Source: Rhodospirillaceae bacterium
GTDB lineage: Bacteria; Pseudomonadota; Alphaproteobacteria; CACIAM-22H2
NCBI GenBank assembly: GCA_009694125.1
Contig: SHVT01000001.1
Span: forward strand, 6,105-70,104
Reading direction: 5' to 3'
DNA: 64,000 nucleotides
The notes below the pieces were generated by a model. It searched no databases, was not told the origin of the DNA, and saw only the letters and a list, made by a program, of their open reading frames with translations. Of this stretch, positions 9,887 through 19,111 are shown piece by piece. The translations under genes and the position numbers were made by a program. The first letter of the stretch is position 1, and every line of letters begins with the position of its first letter.

Positions 9887-9908
9887 CCGCGTCGCCGCGG
9901 CGACGCGG
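9887..9908. repeat. Perfect 22-bp palindrome CCGCGTCGCCGCGGCGACGCGG downstream of petC
   Basis: Sequence equals its reverse complement; no U-tract, so a stabilising or processing hairpin is as likely as a terminator. Confidence 0.8.
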
Positions 9909-9940
9909 GAACCCGGATGTGGAGAAATCGCCCTTGACGG

Positions 9941-10708
9941 TCAGGCGTGCAGGTCGGCCCACACCTTGCGCTTGACGGCGTACGTCAACCCGGAAAACAC
10001 GATCAGGAACAGAACGACCTTCACGCCCAGTTGTTTGCGCTGTTCCATTTCGGGCTCGGCCGTCCACGCCAGGAACGTGGTGACGTCGCGCGCCATGGCC
10101 CCCACGGTCGCTGCGGTTCCGTCGGCGAAGGTCACGCCGCCTTCGCTCAAGGGCATGGGCATGGCGATCTGGTGCCCCGGGAAGAATTCGTTGTAGTGCA
10201 TGCCGTCCATTATCCTGACGTCGGCGGGCGCGTCCTTGTAGCCGGTCAGGATCGCGTAGAGATAATCGGGACCGCCCTTGCGGGCCTTGATCATCAGGCT
10301 CAAATCCGGGGGATAGGCACCGTTATTCGCGGAGCGCGACGCATTTTCATTGGCAAAGGGCGCCACGTAGCGGTCCGACGGGCGGCCGGGGCGCTTGAAC
10401 ATGTCGCCCTCGTCGTTGGGTCCGTCGGTCACTTCCTTTTCGGCCGCGATGGCCCTGATCTCCTCCGCGGTCAGCCCAATGCCCGCGAGATGGCGGTAAT
10501 AAATCAGGCTCAGCGAATGGCAGGCCGAACAGACTTCCTTATGTACCTGGAAGCCGCGGTTCAAGGCGCCGCGGTCGAAGGTTCCGAAGACGCCGGCGAA
10601 AGGCCAATGTTCCTTCGGCAGCGCCGGCCCTTCCGCCGCGTTGGGCGTCGTTGCCGTCAGGCCGAAAGCCAGGGCCGCGAGCGCGGATAGGGCGAATCTG
10701 CGCATCAA
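9941..10708 (-). CDS. petC: Cytochrome c1 of the bc1 complex
   Basis: Signal peptide, CSACH haem motif, PPDLS, IAMP, C-terminal anchor. Confidence 0.96.
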   Translation of the reverse strand: MMRRFALSALAALAFGLTATTPNAAEGPALPKEHWPFAGVFGTFDRGALNRGFQVHKEVCSACHSLSLIYYRHLAGIGLTAEEIRAIAAEKEVTDGPNDEGDMFKRPGRPSDRYVAPFANENASRSANNGAYPPDLSLMIKARKGGPDYLYAILTGYKDAPADVRIMDGMHYNEFFPGHQIAMPMPLSEGGVTFADGTAATVGAMARDVTTFLAWTAEPEMEQRKQLGVKVVLFLIVFSGLTYAVKRKVWADLHA

Positions 10709-11952
10709 GCCTTCTCCATGTGTCGCGCGGTTGCCGCCGTGCGTCCGCCAAGAACGGGCTGCGAGATGCTGGTCGGGAGCGGCAACGGTCGTTCAAACCA
10801 GCCGAGCAGCGGCAGCAGAATGATGAAGTGGAAGAAATAATAGATCGTCGCGAGGCGCCCGAGGATGAGGAAATAGCCCTCCGGCGGGTTGGCGCCGACA
10901 TAGCCAAGCACGATGCAATCCACCACGAAGACCCAGAAGAGCTTCTTATAAGCCGGCCGGAAGGTGCCGCTGCGGACCCGCGAGGTGTCCAGCCAAGGCA
11001 ATAGGAACAGCACGAAGATCGAGCCAAACATGGCCAGCACGCCGATCAGCTTATCCGGGATGGACCGCAGGATCGCGTAGTAAGGCAGGAAATACCATTC
11101 GGGCACGATGTGCGGCGGCGTGACCAACGGGTTGGCCGGAATGTAATTGTCTGGCTCGCCGAAGAAATTCGGCGCGAAGAAGACGAACATCGAAAAGACG
11201 GTCAGGAAGACCGACAGGCTGAACAGGTCCTTGACCGTCATATAAGGGTGGAAAGGAACCGTGTCCTGCGGACCCTTGGTGTCGATGCCCATCGGGTTGT
11301 TGGATTTCTGCACATGCAACGCCCACAGGTGCACGGCGGCGGCGCCGACGATCACGAAAGCGAGGAGGTAGTGCAGGGCGAAGAAACGGTTCAGCGTCGG
11401 ATTGTCGACCGAATACCCGCCCCATAGCCAGGTCACGATGCTCTCGCCCACCAGCGGGAATGCCGAGAACAAATTGGTGATCACCGTGGCGCCCCAGAAA
11501 CTCATCTGCCCCCAGGGCAGCACGTAACCCATGAAAGCGGTGGCCATCATCAGCAGCAGGATGATGACGCCCAGAAACCACAGGATCTCGCGCGGATATT
11601 TGTACGATCCGTAATAGAGGCCACGAAACATGTGAATGTAGACGACGATAAAAAACGCCGACCCGCCATTCATGTGGATGTACCGCAGCAACCAACCCCA
11701 GTTCACGTCGCGCATGATGCGTTCGACGCTGTCAAAGGCCATGGTGGCGTGCGGCGTGTAGTTGAATGCCAGCACGATACCGCTCGCCAGCATGATGACC
11801 AGGACGATCCCCGCCAGCGACCCGAAGGTCCAGAAATAGTTAAGGTTGCGCGGCGCCGGATAAACGCCCAGCTCGTGATAGACGAAGCTGAAGATCGGCA
11901 GCCGGAAATCGATCCATCGGACGACTGGATTTTTCCATTCGGGTGCGTTCAT
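10705..11952 (-). CDS. petB: Cytochrome b
   Basis: [28 protein letters not shown]. Confidence 0.98.
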   Translation of the reverse strand: MNAPEWKNPVVRWIDFRLPIFSFVYHELGVYPAPRNLNYFWTFGSLAGIVLVIMLASGIVLAFNYTPHATMAFDSVERIMRDVNWGWLLRYIHMNGGSAFFIVVYIHMFRGLYYGSYKYPREILWFLGVIILLLMMATAFMGYVLPWGQMSFWGATVITNLFSAFPLVGESIVTWLWGGYSVDNPTLNRFFALHYLLAFVIVGAAAVHLWALHVQKSNNPMGIDTKGPQDTVPFHPYMTVKDLFSLSVFLTVFSMFVFFAPNFFGEPDNYIPANPLVTPPHIVPEWYFLPYYAILRSIPDKLIGVLAMFGSIFVLFLLPWLDTSRVRSGTFRPAYKKLFWVFVVDCIVLGYVGANPPEGYFLILGRLATIYYFFHFIILLPLLGWFERPLPLPTSISQPVLGGRTAATARHMEKA

Positions 11953-11964
11953 CGGACTCTATCC

Positions 11965-12528
11965 CTAACCGATGCGGACGTTGGTGTCGCTGAGGAAGAC
12001 GTAATCCGGCACGTCCAAATTCTTGGGCGCGGGGCCTTTGCGGATGCGGCCGGAGGTGTCGTAGTGCGAACCGTGACAGGGGCAGAACCACCCGCCGTAG
12101 TCCCCGCGTGGATCGGTGACCTTTTGGCCGAGCGGCACGCAGCCGAGATGGGTGCACACGCCCACCACGATCAACCATTCGGGTTTCTTGACGCGGCTTG
12201 CGTCGGCTTGGCGGTCGGGCAATTCGGAATCCTGCACTTTCGCCGCCTGCTCGATCTCGGCCTGGGTTCGGCGACGGATGAACACCGGCTTGCCGCGCCA
12301 CTTCACGGTGATGCTCTGGCCTTCGGCGATCGGCGAGATGTCGACCTCGGTCGTCGCCAGCGCGAGCACGTCGGCCGAAGGGTTCATCTGGTCGATGAAG
12401 GGCCAGATCGCGGATCCGAGTCCGACCGCGCCAAAGGCGGCGGTGGCGAGAAAAAGGAAGTCGCGGCGCGTCTCGCCTTCATCGTGCCCAGGCGCCGCGG
12501 ACGTCGCGGAATGTGCCGGATTTGCCAT
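11965..12528 (-). CDS. petA: Rieske iron-sulfur subunit of the bc1 complex
   Basis: TRRDFL Tat motif, CTHLGC and CPCHGS. Confidence 0.98.
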   Translation of the reverse strand: MANPAHSATSAAPGHDEGETRRDFLFLATAAFGAVGLGSAIWPFIDQMNPSADVLALATTEVDISPIAEGQSITVKWRGKPVFIRRRTQAEIEQAAKVQDSELPDRQADASRVKKPEWLIVVGVCTHLGCVPLGQKVTDPRGDYGGWFCPCHGSHYDTSGRIRKGPAPKNLDVPDYVFLSDTNVRIG

Positions 12529-12692
12529 GTGTCTCCACCTGCGTCATGTCCGGCATCATGTGCTGGCCGCGCACGAGGCCGTGTCTTTCAATGTTCGGAG
12601 TCCCGGGGCGGCATGCCGGAAGGCACAGCCTCCACAGCCACGATGCTTTCACATCGTCCCCCGCTGCGGCACCGGATCGCCGACCGGACACG

Positions 12693-12720
12693 GGTATAAT
12701 CCAAATCCACCGTATTGCAA
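12693..12720 (-). promoter_or_regulatory. Possible sigma70 promoter of petABC
   Basis: Minus strand TTGCAA-N16-TATACC in an AT-richer patch of the divergent region. Confidence 0.35.
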
Positions 12721-12741
12721 AGGCCGGCGCCGGACGATTCC

Positions 12742-13227
12742 ATGAGACTAGCCCTGTTTGAACCCGACATTCCCCAAAACACGGGTGCGCTGTTCCGGCT
12801 CGCATCCTGTCTTGGCGTTTCCGTGGATTTGATCGAACCTTGTGGATTCCAATTAACCGACAGGCGGCTGCGCCGCGTCGGCATGGACTATCTGGGCCGC
12901 GTCGATTTGACGCGGCACGTGTCTTGGACCGCATTTGCGACGCGCCTCCAAGGTACCAATCCGCCCCGACCCCGCCTGCTGCTCTTGACCACACAAGGCG
13001 GCATCGACTACACCGCCTTTGCCTTTCGCGCCGACGATACGCTTCTCCTCGGCCGCGAAAGTGCCGGCGTTCCGGAGGAGGTTCACCGGACGGCGGAAGC
13101 CCGCCTGCGGATTCCCATGGTGCCCGGGGCTCGCTCGCTGAACATGGGCCTCGCCGCCTCGATGGTGCTGGGCGAAGCGTTGAGACAAACCGGGTTGTTC
13201 CCGGCATCGACGCCAAGACATGGAGTG
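12742..13227 (+). CDS. trmL: tRNA (cytidine(34)-2'-O)-methyltransferase domain, no stop codon, in frame with hemF
   Basis: [28 protein letters not shown]...RSLN SPOUT motifs. Confidence 0.9.
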
Positions 13228-14103
13228 ATGACCGCCATGGGCAACGAGGCCGTGGAAGAGCGCAAGACACGGGCGGCGGCATGGTTCGAGGGCTTGCGCG
13301 ACCGCATCTGTGCGGCTTTCGAGGCGATTGAGACCGACCATGCCGGTCCCGGCGCCGATCAGCCGCCCGGCCGGTTCGAGCGCAAAGCTTGGCGGCGGCC
13401 GGCGACAGCGGGTGATGGCGGCGGCGGGGTCATGTCGATCCTGCGCGGTCGGGTGTTCGAGAAAGTCGGCGTGAATATCTCGACGGTCCACGGGGAATTC
13501 TCACCCGAGTTCCGCGCGCAAATGCCCGGCGCCCAGGCCGATCCGCGATTTTGGGCGAGCGGCATTTCGCTGGTCGCCCATATGCGTTCGCCGCTGGTGC
13601 CCGCTGTGCATATGAATACGCGCCATATCGTCACCACGCTCGCCTGGTTCGGCGGCGGCGCCGACCTGACGCCGATGTACCCGTTGGCCGACGATACGCG
13701 CGACTTTCATGCTGCGCTCGAGGCCGCCTGTGGCGAATTTGACGCCGGCTACTATCCTCGCTTTAAGGCCTGGTGCGACGAGTATTTCTTTCTCAAGCAC
13801 CGCGGCGAGCCGCGCGGCGTAGGCGGTATTTTCTACGACAATCTGGACAGCGGCGACTGGGAGCGCGATTTTGCCTTCACCCAACGCGTCGGCGAGGCCT
13901 TCCTCGATGTCTACCCAAGGCTGGTGCGCCGGCACATGAACAAGCCCTGGACCGAGGAGCAGCGCCAGCACCAGTTGGTGCGCCGCGGCCGCTATGTGGA
14001 ATTCAATCTTCTCTATGATCGCGGCACGAAATTCGGTCTGATGACCGGTGGCAACACCGAGGCGATTTTGATGTCGCTGCCGCCGGTGGTGGCGTGGCCG
14101 TAA
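13228..14103 (+). CDS. hemF: Oxygen-dependent coproporphyrinogen III oxidase
   Basis: [55 protein letters not shown]; start ATG 13228 or 13237 after GGAG. Confidence 0.95.
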   Translation: MTAMGNEAVEERKTRAAAWFEGLRDRICAAFEAIETDHAGPGADQPPGRFERKAWRRPATAGDGGGGVMSILRGRVFEKVGVNISTVHGEFSPEFRAQMPGAQADPRFWASGISLVAHMRSPLVPAVHMNTRHIVTTLAWFGGGADLTPMYPLADDTRDFHAALEAACGEFDAGYYPRFKAWCDEYFFLKHRGEPRGVGGIFYDNLDSGDWERDFAFTQRVGEAFLDVYPRLVRRHMNKPWTEEQRQHQLVRRGRYVEFNLLYDRGTKFGLMTGGNTEAILMSLPPVVAWP

Positions 14104-14166
14104 CGCGCCGGTACTCGCTCTCCGCCCAGGTTTTCGGTAGAATCCAAGATAGTCGCGGGAGGTGTC

Positions 14167-14697
14167 ATGAAAAGATGGTTGCCGCTGTTGGGGTTGATGC
14201 TCGGCATCGGCGGCGAGGCCGTCGCCGCCGATCTTCCGCTCAACGCCTTTTTCGGGTCGTTCACCGGCACCGGCGTGGCCCGATCGGAGGACAGCCAATA
14301 TTTCGGTGTCACCGTCCGCGATTTTGACTTGCAGATCGAAAAGGCCGATACCGGATTTTCCGTGACCTGGACGACCGTTCTGCGCCAGGGCGGCGATCCG
14401 GCCAATCCATCGGTCCGACGGCGCTCGGCGACGTTGAGCTTCATGCCGACCGGGAAGCCCAACGTCTATCGTGCCCGGGAGTCCGACCCGATGAGCGACG
14501 GCGGCTATGCCTGGGCGCGCCTCTACAAGAACACACTTGGCGTCTATATCGTGAACATCGACGCCAATGGTGTGTACGAACTGCAGCGTTATCAGCGCAC
14601 CTTGAGCGGCGGCGGCATGGACCTGGTCTTCACCCGGCTGCGGGATGGCGAGGTTCAGCGCACGGTCAAGGGCAAACTCGTCAAGCAGGGGAAGTAG
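14167..14697 (+). CDS. Exported hypothetical protein, beta-strand rich
   Basis: GGAGG RBS, signal peptide ending AVA-AD, alternating beta-strand pattern. Confidence 0.75.
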   Translation: MKRWLPLLGLMLGIGGEAVAADLPLNAFFGSFTGTGVARSEDSQYFGVTVRDFDLQIEKADTGFSVTWTTVLRQGGDPANPSVRRRSATLSFMPTGKPNVYRARESDPMSDGGYAWARLYKNTLGVYIVNIDANGVYELQRYQRTLSGGGMDLVFTRLRDGEVQRTVKGKLVKQGK

Positions 14698-15988
14698 CTG
14701 GACCTTCCGCCCCGCGAGCGGCCAATTCCGCGAGCCGACCGAGGCATTCCCCGCGGCCGGCGGTGAAGTCGCCCTCCTCCCACCATCGTTCCACGGCAGC
14801 CAGCAAACGTCCGACCTCCGGCCCCGCCGCGATCCCCGCGGCGAGCACATCGCTCCCGCTCACGGGAAGCGTTATGGGAACCCAACGATCGGCTTCGGCT
14901 CGGAGTCGGTCGAACGCCGCTGTCTCCCGCGCGGCGCCGCCCGGATCGCGCGCCATCCCTGAGGCCTCGGCGAGAAAAACGAGATCGCGGAAGCGGTCGG
15001 CGCCCAGCCGATAGAGCATCCGCCGCGCCGATTTGGCGTCCGTCGCCGCCGATGGTGGCCGGTCGGGCGCGGCAAGGCCAAGGAGTCGCTCGCGGCCTTC
15101 GTTGGACAGGCGCAGGCGAACGGCCAATGCCGATGTCGCGATCCGGTCTGCGGGCAACATTGCCGCCAAGCGGCGCAGCGCGTCTGCGGCGGCGCGCCCA
15201 ATCTCGATTTGAACCAGGGCCGCCAGCCGTCCGATGTCCGGCACCCCGGGCACGATGTGTCCAAGGACACCGGTGTCCTTCATCAAGACCAGAACAGAAG
15301 CCGCGTTGTCGGCGAGGAGCAGCTTCGACAACTCACCCCAGATACGTTCACCCGACAGGCCGGGGACGAGGTGGGCCAGCGCCTGGCACGCCGCGATCGA
15401 GGGTGCGTCGGTCGGCGGGCGTCCGTAATAAGCGTAGAAACGAAAAAAACGGACGAGGCGAAGCACGTCCTCGCGAATGCGAATCAGGGGATCGCCGACG
15501 AAGCGGACGCGGCCCGCCCGCAGGTCGGCGATGCCGTCGAATGGATCGTAAACCCGCCCGTCGGCGGTGGTGGACAGGGCGTTGATCGTGAAGTCGCGGC
15601 GAGCGGCGTCGGCCTCCCAATTGTCGGTGAAAGCAACACGCGCGCGCCGGCCCTGGGGCTCGACATCGATCCGCAGCGTCGTGATCTCGTAACGGGTTCC
15701 GTCGGCGATCGCGGTCACCGTGCCGTGGTCGATCCCGGTGGGTATGGCGCGAACGCCGGCGGTCTGAAGCAGGGCGAGGGTTTTTTCGGGCGGATCGGGG
15801 GTGGCGATGTCGATGTCCCTGACCGGAAGGCCAAGAAGTGCGTCGCGCACGCAGCCGCCGACGAAGCGCAGCTCCGCTCCGTTCGCCGCCAGCGCCGCCA
15901 TCACGCGTAGCGCCGCCGGCGTCGTCATCCAGGGCTGCGGCGCCAGGCTGTGGGGTGGGTTCGGTCGGACGTCCGTCGCCACCGTCAA
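14681..15988 (-). CDS. cca: CCA tRNA nucleotidyltransferase
   Basis: FVGGCVRD, DIDIAT, EITTLR, RRDFTINA, EDVLR; probable TTG start overlapping the upstream TGA. Confidence 0.92.
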   Translation of the reverse strand: MTVATDVRPNPPHSLAPQPWMTTPAALRVMAALAANGAELRFVGGCVRDALLGLPVRDIDIATPDPPEKTLALLQTAGVRAIPTGIDHGTVTAIADGTRYEITTLRIDVEPQGRRARVAFTDNWEADAARRDFTINALSTTADGRVYDPFDGIADLRAGRVRFVGDPLIRIREDVLRLVRFFRFYAYYGRPPTDAPSIAACQALAHLVPGLSGERIWGELSKLLLADNAASVLVLMKDTGVLGHIVPGVPDIGRLAALVQIEIGRAAADALRRLAAMLPADRIATSALAVRLRLSNEGRERLLGLAAPDRPPSAATDAKSARRMLYRLGADRFRDLVFLAEASGMARDPGGAARETAAFDRLRAEADRWVPITLPVSGSDVLAAGIAAGPEVGRLLAAVERWWEEGDFTAGRGECLGRLAELAARGAEGPATSPA

Positions 15989-16263
15989 CGCACTCGGCCA
16001 GGCTGGATTTCGCCGTCGATCAGCCGCGGGGGTTCGTACTGGCCGTGGGGGGAATTGTTCCCGTACAACACCCCGGCGAACAGCACGATGGCGGTCAGCA
16101 AAAGGCCCGCCGCGGCCAGCCACGCCCACGGGGCATCCTGCCAACGCGGCGCCGCTCCGGCGGCCTCGGCTTCCGCCCGGCGCCGGCTCGCGAACTGCCA
16201 GCCGAAATAGACCGCGACCGGCAGCAAAAACGGCAGGAGGTATTCGAACAGGATGCGAATCAT
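15985..16263 (-). CDS. Small membrane protein (DUF6111-like)
   Basis: MIRI...LLPFLLP, two hydrophobic segments, YEPPRLIDGEIQPG; ATGA overlap with the Nudix gene. Confidence 0.75.
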   Translation of the reverse strand: MIRILFEYLLPFLLPVAVYFGWQFASRRRAEAEAAGAAPRWQDAPWAWLAAAGLLLTAIVLFAGVLYGNNSPHGQYEPPRLIDGEIQPGRVR

Positions 16264-16871
16264 GGTCGCGCCAAGTGTAGGCGGAGGCTGATCAATATGC
16301 GGGCGGTGGCGCCCCAAATGAGATGGCGCCCGTGGCGGAAGGCGTCGACTTGCTGTTGCGGGTCGCCATCGGGGCGGCGATGCTTTTGGCAATTGGCGGG
16401 GTCGAGGAAAAAATCCAGCGGCACTTCAAATGCCTCCTCGACCTCATGAGTACTGGGGCGCGCGACGAAATCCCGATCGACCAGTCCGACGACTGGCACG
16501 ACCCTATATCCAGTCCCGGTTTCATGGGTGTCGAGCCGTCCGAGTATCGCGACCTCACGGCCGGCGAGGCCGATTTCTTCCTCAGCCTCGCGTAAAGCCG
16601 CCGCGTCGGCGGCGGCGTCGCCGGCCTCGATTCGTCCGCCGGGAAAGCTGACTTGGCCGGCGTGAGCGCTCAAGTGATCCGTTCGTTTGGTGAGCAAGAC
16701 GGTCATTCCCTGTCGGCGTTCGATCAGGGGCACCAGCACGGCCGCCGGAATCAATGGGCGGCGCGCCGGCGCCGCCGCCTCGGCACCGCCGCCACTCACG
16801 CCGCCGATGGCCACCGCAGGCCGCCCCCGGGCGGCGTTGTCGAAGCGATCGATGATCCAATGGCGGGTCAT
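16260..16871 (-). CDS. CoA pyrophosphatase (Nudix, NudL-like)
   Basis: AAVLVPL, LLTKR...HAGQVSFPGG, ALREAEEEIGL, IWGATA. Confidence 0.92.
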   Translation of the reverse strand: MTRHWIIDRFDNAARGRPAVAIGGVSGGGAEAAAPARRPLIPAAVLVPLIERRQGMTVLLTKRTDHLSAHAGQVSFPGGRIEAGDAAADAAALREAEEEIGLAGREVAILGRLDTHETGTGYRVVPVVGLVDRDFVARPSTHEVEEAFEVPLDFFLDPANCQKHRRPDGDPQQQVDAFRHGRHLIWGATARILISLRLHLARP

Positions 16872-17110
16872 TCAAGCGAGTCCGGTCGCGAGCGTGAATT
16901 GGGGCGCGTCCGCCCGGTTGTCGGTAGGGCGAAGCGGCAAAAGACGAGACCCGGCGCTTGCGATTTTCATGCACGAAAACGTGTTTGTGGCCAGCCGCAC
17001 ACGCGATTTGCGATGGGCAAGTCGCCATGATAGAACCATCCCCCGGCGCGATCGACATCGATTCGGAAATCGTCGCGTCGCGTGGGCTGGGGCCGCCAAT
17101 CGACGATCCG
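16872..17110 (-). pseudogene. Eroded remnant resembling a DUF1285-family gene
   Basis: One frame reads DWRPQPTRRDDFRIDVDRAGGWFYHGDLPIA, then stops at 16967-16969; resembles the DUF1285 N-terminus and sits where that gene usually lies. Confidence 0.5.
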
Positions 17111-17163
17111 GTGGCCCGCGCTGTTCCCAGGATTGCATTTTTCGTGCAGCAGCGGAGGTTGCT

Positions 17164-18168
17164 TTGAGCGTAGCAGTTTCAGAACCCGCCACCCCGGCCG
17201 ATTTCGTCAAGGAAGTTGCCGCGCTGGGCGAGCGCCTACAACAGGTGCGCGAAAGCATTGGGCGCGTCATTTTTGGCCAGCGAGATGTGATCGACCATAC
17301 GCTTATCACGCTGCTCTCCGGTGGCCACGCCTTGCTCATCGGTGTTCCCGGCGTGGCGAAGACCCGTTTGGTGGAAACGCTCGGCACCGTGCTCGGCATC
17401 GACGACAAACGCATACAGTGTACGCCCGATCTTATGCCGGCGGATATTCTCGGCGTCGAGGTCTTGGAAGAAGGCGAGCAGGGTCGGCGGTCCTTCCGCT
17501 TCATCAAGGGGCCCATCTTCTGCCAATTGCTGATGGCCGACGAAATCAACCGCGCGAGCCCGCGCACGCAGTCGGCGTTGTTGCAGGCGATGCAGGAACG
17601 CAGGGTGTCGATCGCTGGTCAATCCTATAACCTGCCTGCTCCCTTCCATGTCTTCTCGACGCAAAACCCGCTGGAGCAGGAGGGCACTTATTCGCTTCCC
17701 GAGGCGCAGCTCGATCGCTTCCTTATGCAGATCGACATGAACTACCCCGATCTCGAATCCGAACGCATGATGATGCTGGCCACGACCGGCGAAAAGGAAG
17801 GCACGGCCGTCGCCGTGTTGTCCGGTCCCGAACTGGTGCGCGCGCAGCAGCTCATCCGGCGCGTTCCGGTGGGCGAGAGTGTTGTCGAGGGAATTCTGAG
17901 CCTGGTTCGCTCGGGCCGCATCGAACATGGCAACCCCGACGTGACCCGTTACGTGTCGTGGTCTCCCGGTCCGCGCGCCTGTCAGGCCTTGATGCTGGCC
18001 TCCCGTGCCCGTGCGCTGTTGCAGGGAAGGCTGGCGCCCTCGATCGAAGACGTGATCGCCCTCGCCCGCCCGATTTTGCGGCATCGCATGGCGCTGAACT
18101 TCACGGCGCGCGTCGACGGCGTCACCATGGACGAAGTCATCGACCGGCTGTGCCAGCCGCTGGCCTGA
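17164..18168 (+). CDS. MoxR family AAA+ ATPase
   Basis: GVPGVAKT, TPDLMPADI, ADEINRASPRTQSALLQAM, QNPLEQEGTY; TTG start after GGAGG. Confidence 0.93.
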   Translation: MSVAVSEPATPADFVKEVAALGERLQQVRESIGRVIFGQRDVIDHTLITLLSGGHALLIGVPGVAKTRLVETLGTVLGIDDKRIQCTPDLMPADILGVEVLEEGEQGRRSFRFIKGPIFCQLLMADEINRASPRTQSALLQAMQERRVSIAGQSYNLPAPFHVFSTQNPLEQEGTYSLPEAQLDRFLMQIDMNYPDLESERMMMLATTGEKEGTAVAVLSGPELVRAQQLIRRVPVGESVVEGILSLVRSGRIEHGNPDVTRYVSWSPGPRACQALMLASRARALLQGRLAPSIEDVIALARPILRHRMALNFTARVDGVTMDEVIDRLCQPLA

Positions 18169-18187
18169 CGGCCGGCGCGAGGCGGTC

Positions 18188-19102
18188 TTGACCAAAGTGT
18201 CCAGGTCAGCGGCATTGGCGGCGATCGACGCCGCCGCGGTGAACTTGCACGACGCGGACGTATTGGCGTCGTCGCTACCGACACTGCTGCTTGCCGCCGA
18301 TCGCGTCGCCTCGACCATTGTTTACGGGGTCCACGGCGTTCGCCGCGCCGGCACCGGCGATTCGTTCTGGCAATTTCGGCTCTATCAGACCGGCGACAAC
18401 ACCCATCGCATCGATTGGCGGCAATCGGCCAAGACTGGAAAAATCTTCCTGCGCGAAACCGAATGGGAGGCGGCCCAGACCGTCTGGTTCTGGCGCGACG
18501 GCTCCCCGTCCATGCACTATGGGTCTAATGCCGAATTGCCGAAGAAGGTCGAGCGAGCGGGTTTGCTTGTGCTCGCGCTGATGTCGGTGCTCGGACATTC
18601 CGGCGAACGCATCGGCCTTCTTGGCAAACATATGTCCCCGACCACCGGTCGCGTCGGTTTGCGGCGCATGGCGGTCGCACTCGAACACGAAGGCGCGGAC
18701 GAACCCAGCATACCGGCCGTGATCTCGGTCGCGCGGCATTGTCGCGTCGTCCTGGTCAGCGATTTTCTATCGCCCTTGGCGGACCTCAATACATTCGTTC
18801 GCCATCTCGCCGGATTCGGCGTGCAGGGACATATCGTGCAGATCTTGGACCCGGCCGAAGAAACGCTTCCCTTCAGCGGCCGCACATTGTTCGAGGGGCT
18901 GGAGCGGGAAGGATCAACACTGGTCAACCGGGTCGAAGGCATTCGCCGCGACTATGGCGCGGCGCTCGCCGCACAAATCGACGGGCTGAAGGCCATCGCG
19001 CGCGCCGTGGGCTGGACGATCGTGACACATCGTACCGACCGCTCGCCGCAGACGGTCTTGCTTTCGCTCTACATGGCATTGACCGAAAAACCGGCGGTAT
19101 AG
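18188..19102 (+). CDS. DUF58 domain protein
   Basis: GVHG.RR.G.G..FWQFR.Y..GD...IDWRQSAK, VSDFL; follows MoxR. Confidence 0.9.
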   Translation: MTKVSRSAALAAIDAAAVNLHDADVLASSLPTLLLAADRVASTIVYGVHGVRRAGTGDSFWQFRLYQTGDNTHRIDWRQSAKTGKIFLRETEWEAAQTVWFWRDGSPSMHYGSNAELPKKVERAGLLVLALMSVLGHSGERIGLLGKHMSPTTGRVGLRRMAVALEHEGADEPSIPAVISVARHCRVVLVSDFLSPLADLNTFVRHLAGFGVQGHIVQILDPAEETLPFSGRTLFEGLEREGSTLVNRVEGIRRDYGAALAAQIDGLKAIARAVGWTIVTHRTDRSPQTVLLSLYMALTEKPAV

Positions 19103-19111
19103 ATCGTGGGT

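Noticed and set aside
12666..12680. RegA/RegR-like box GCGGC-N5-ATCGC upstream of petA
   Set aside because: One mismatch and a GC-rich spacer; too likely by chance at this GC content.
16687..17163. Long N-terminal extension of MoxR (also of cca, ABC1 kinase, corC, fur, miaB)
   Set aside because: ORF-caller extensions overlapping neighbours; better starts with RBS or coupling exist downstream.
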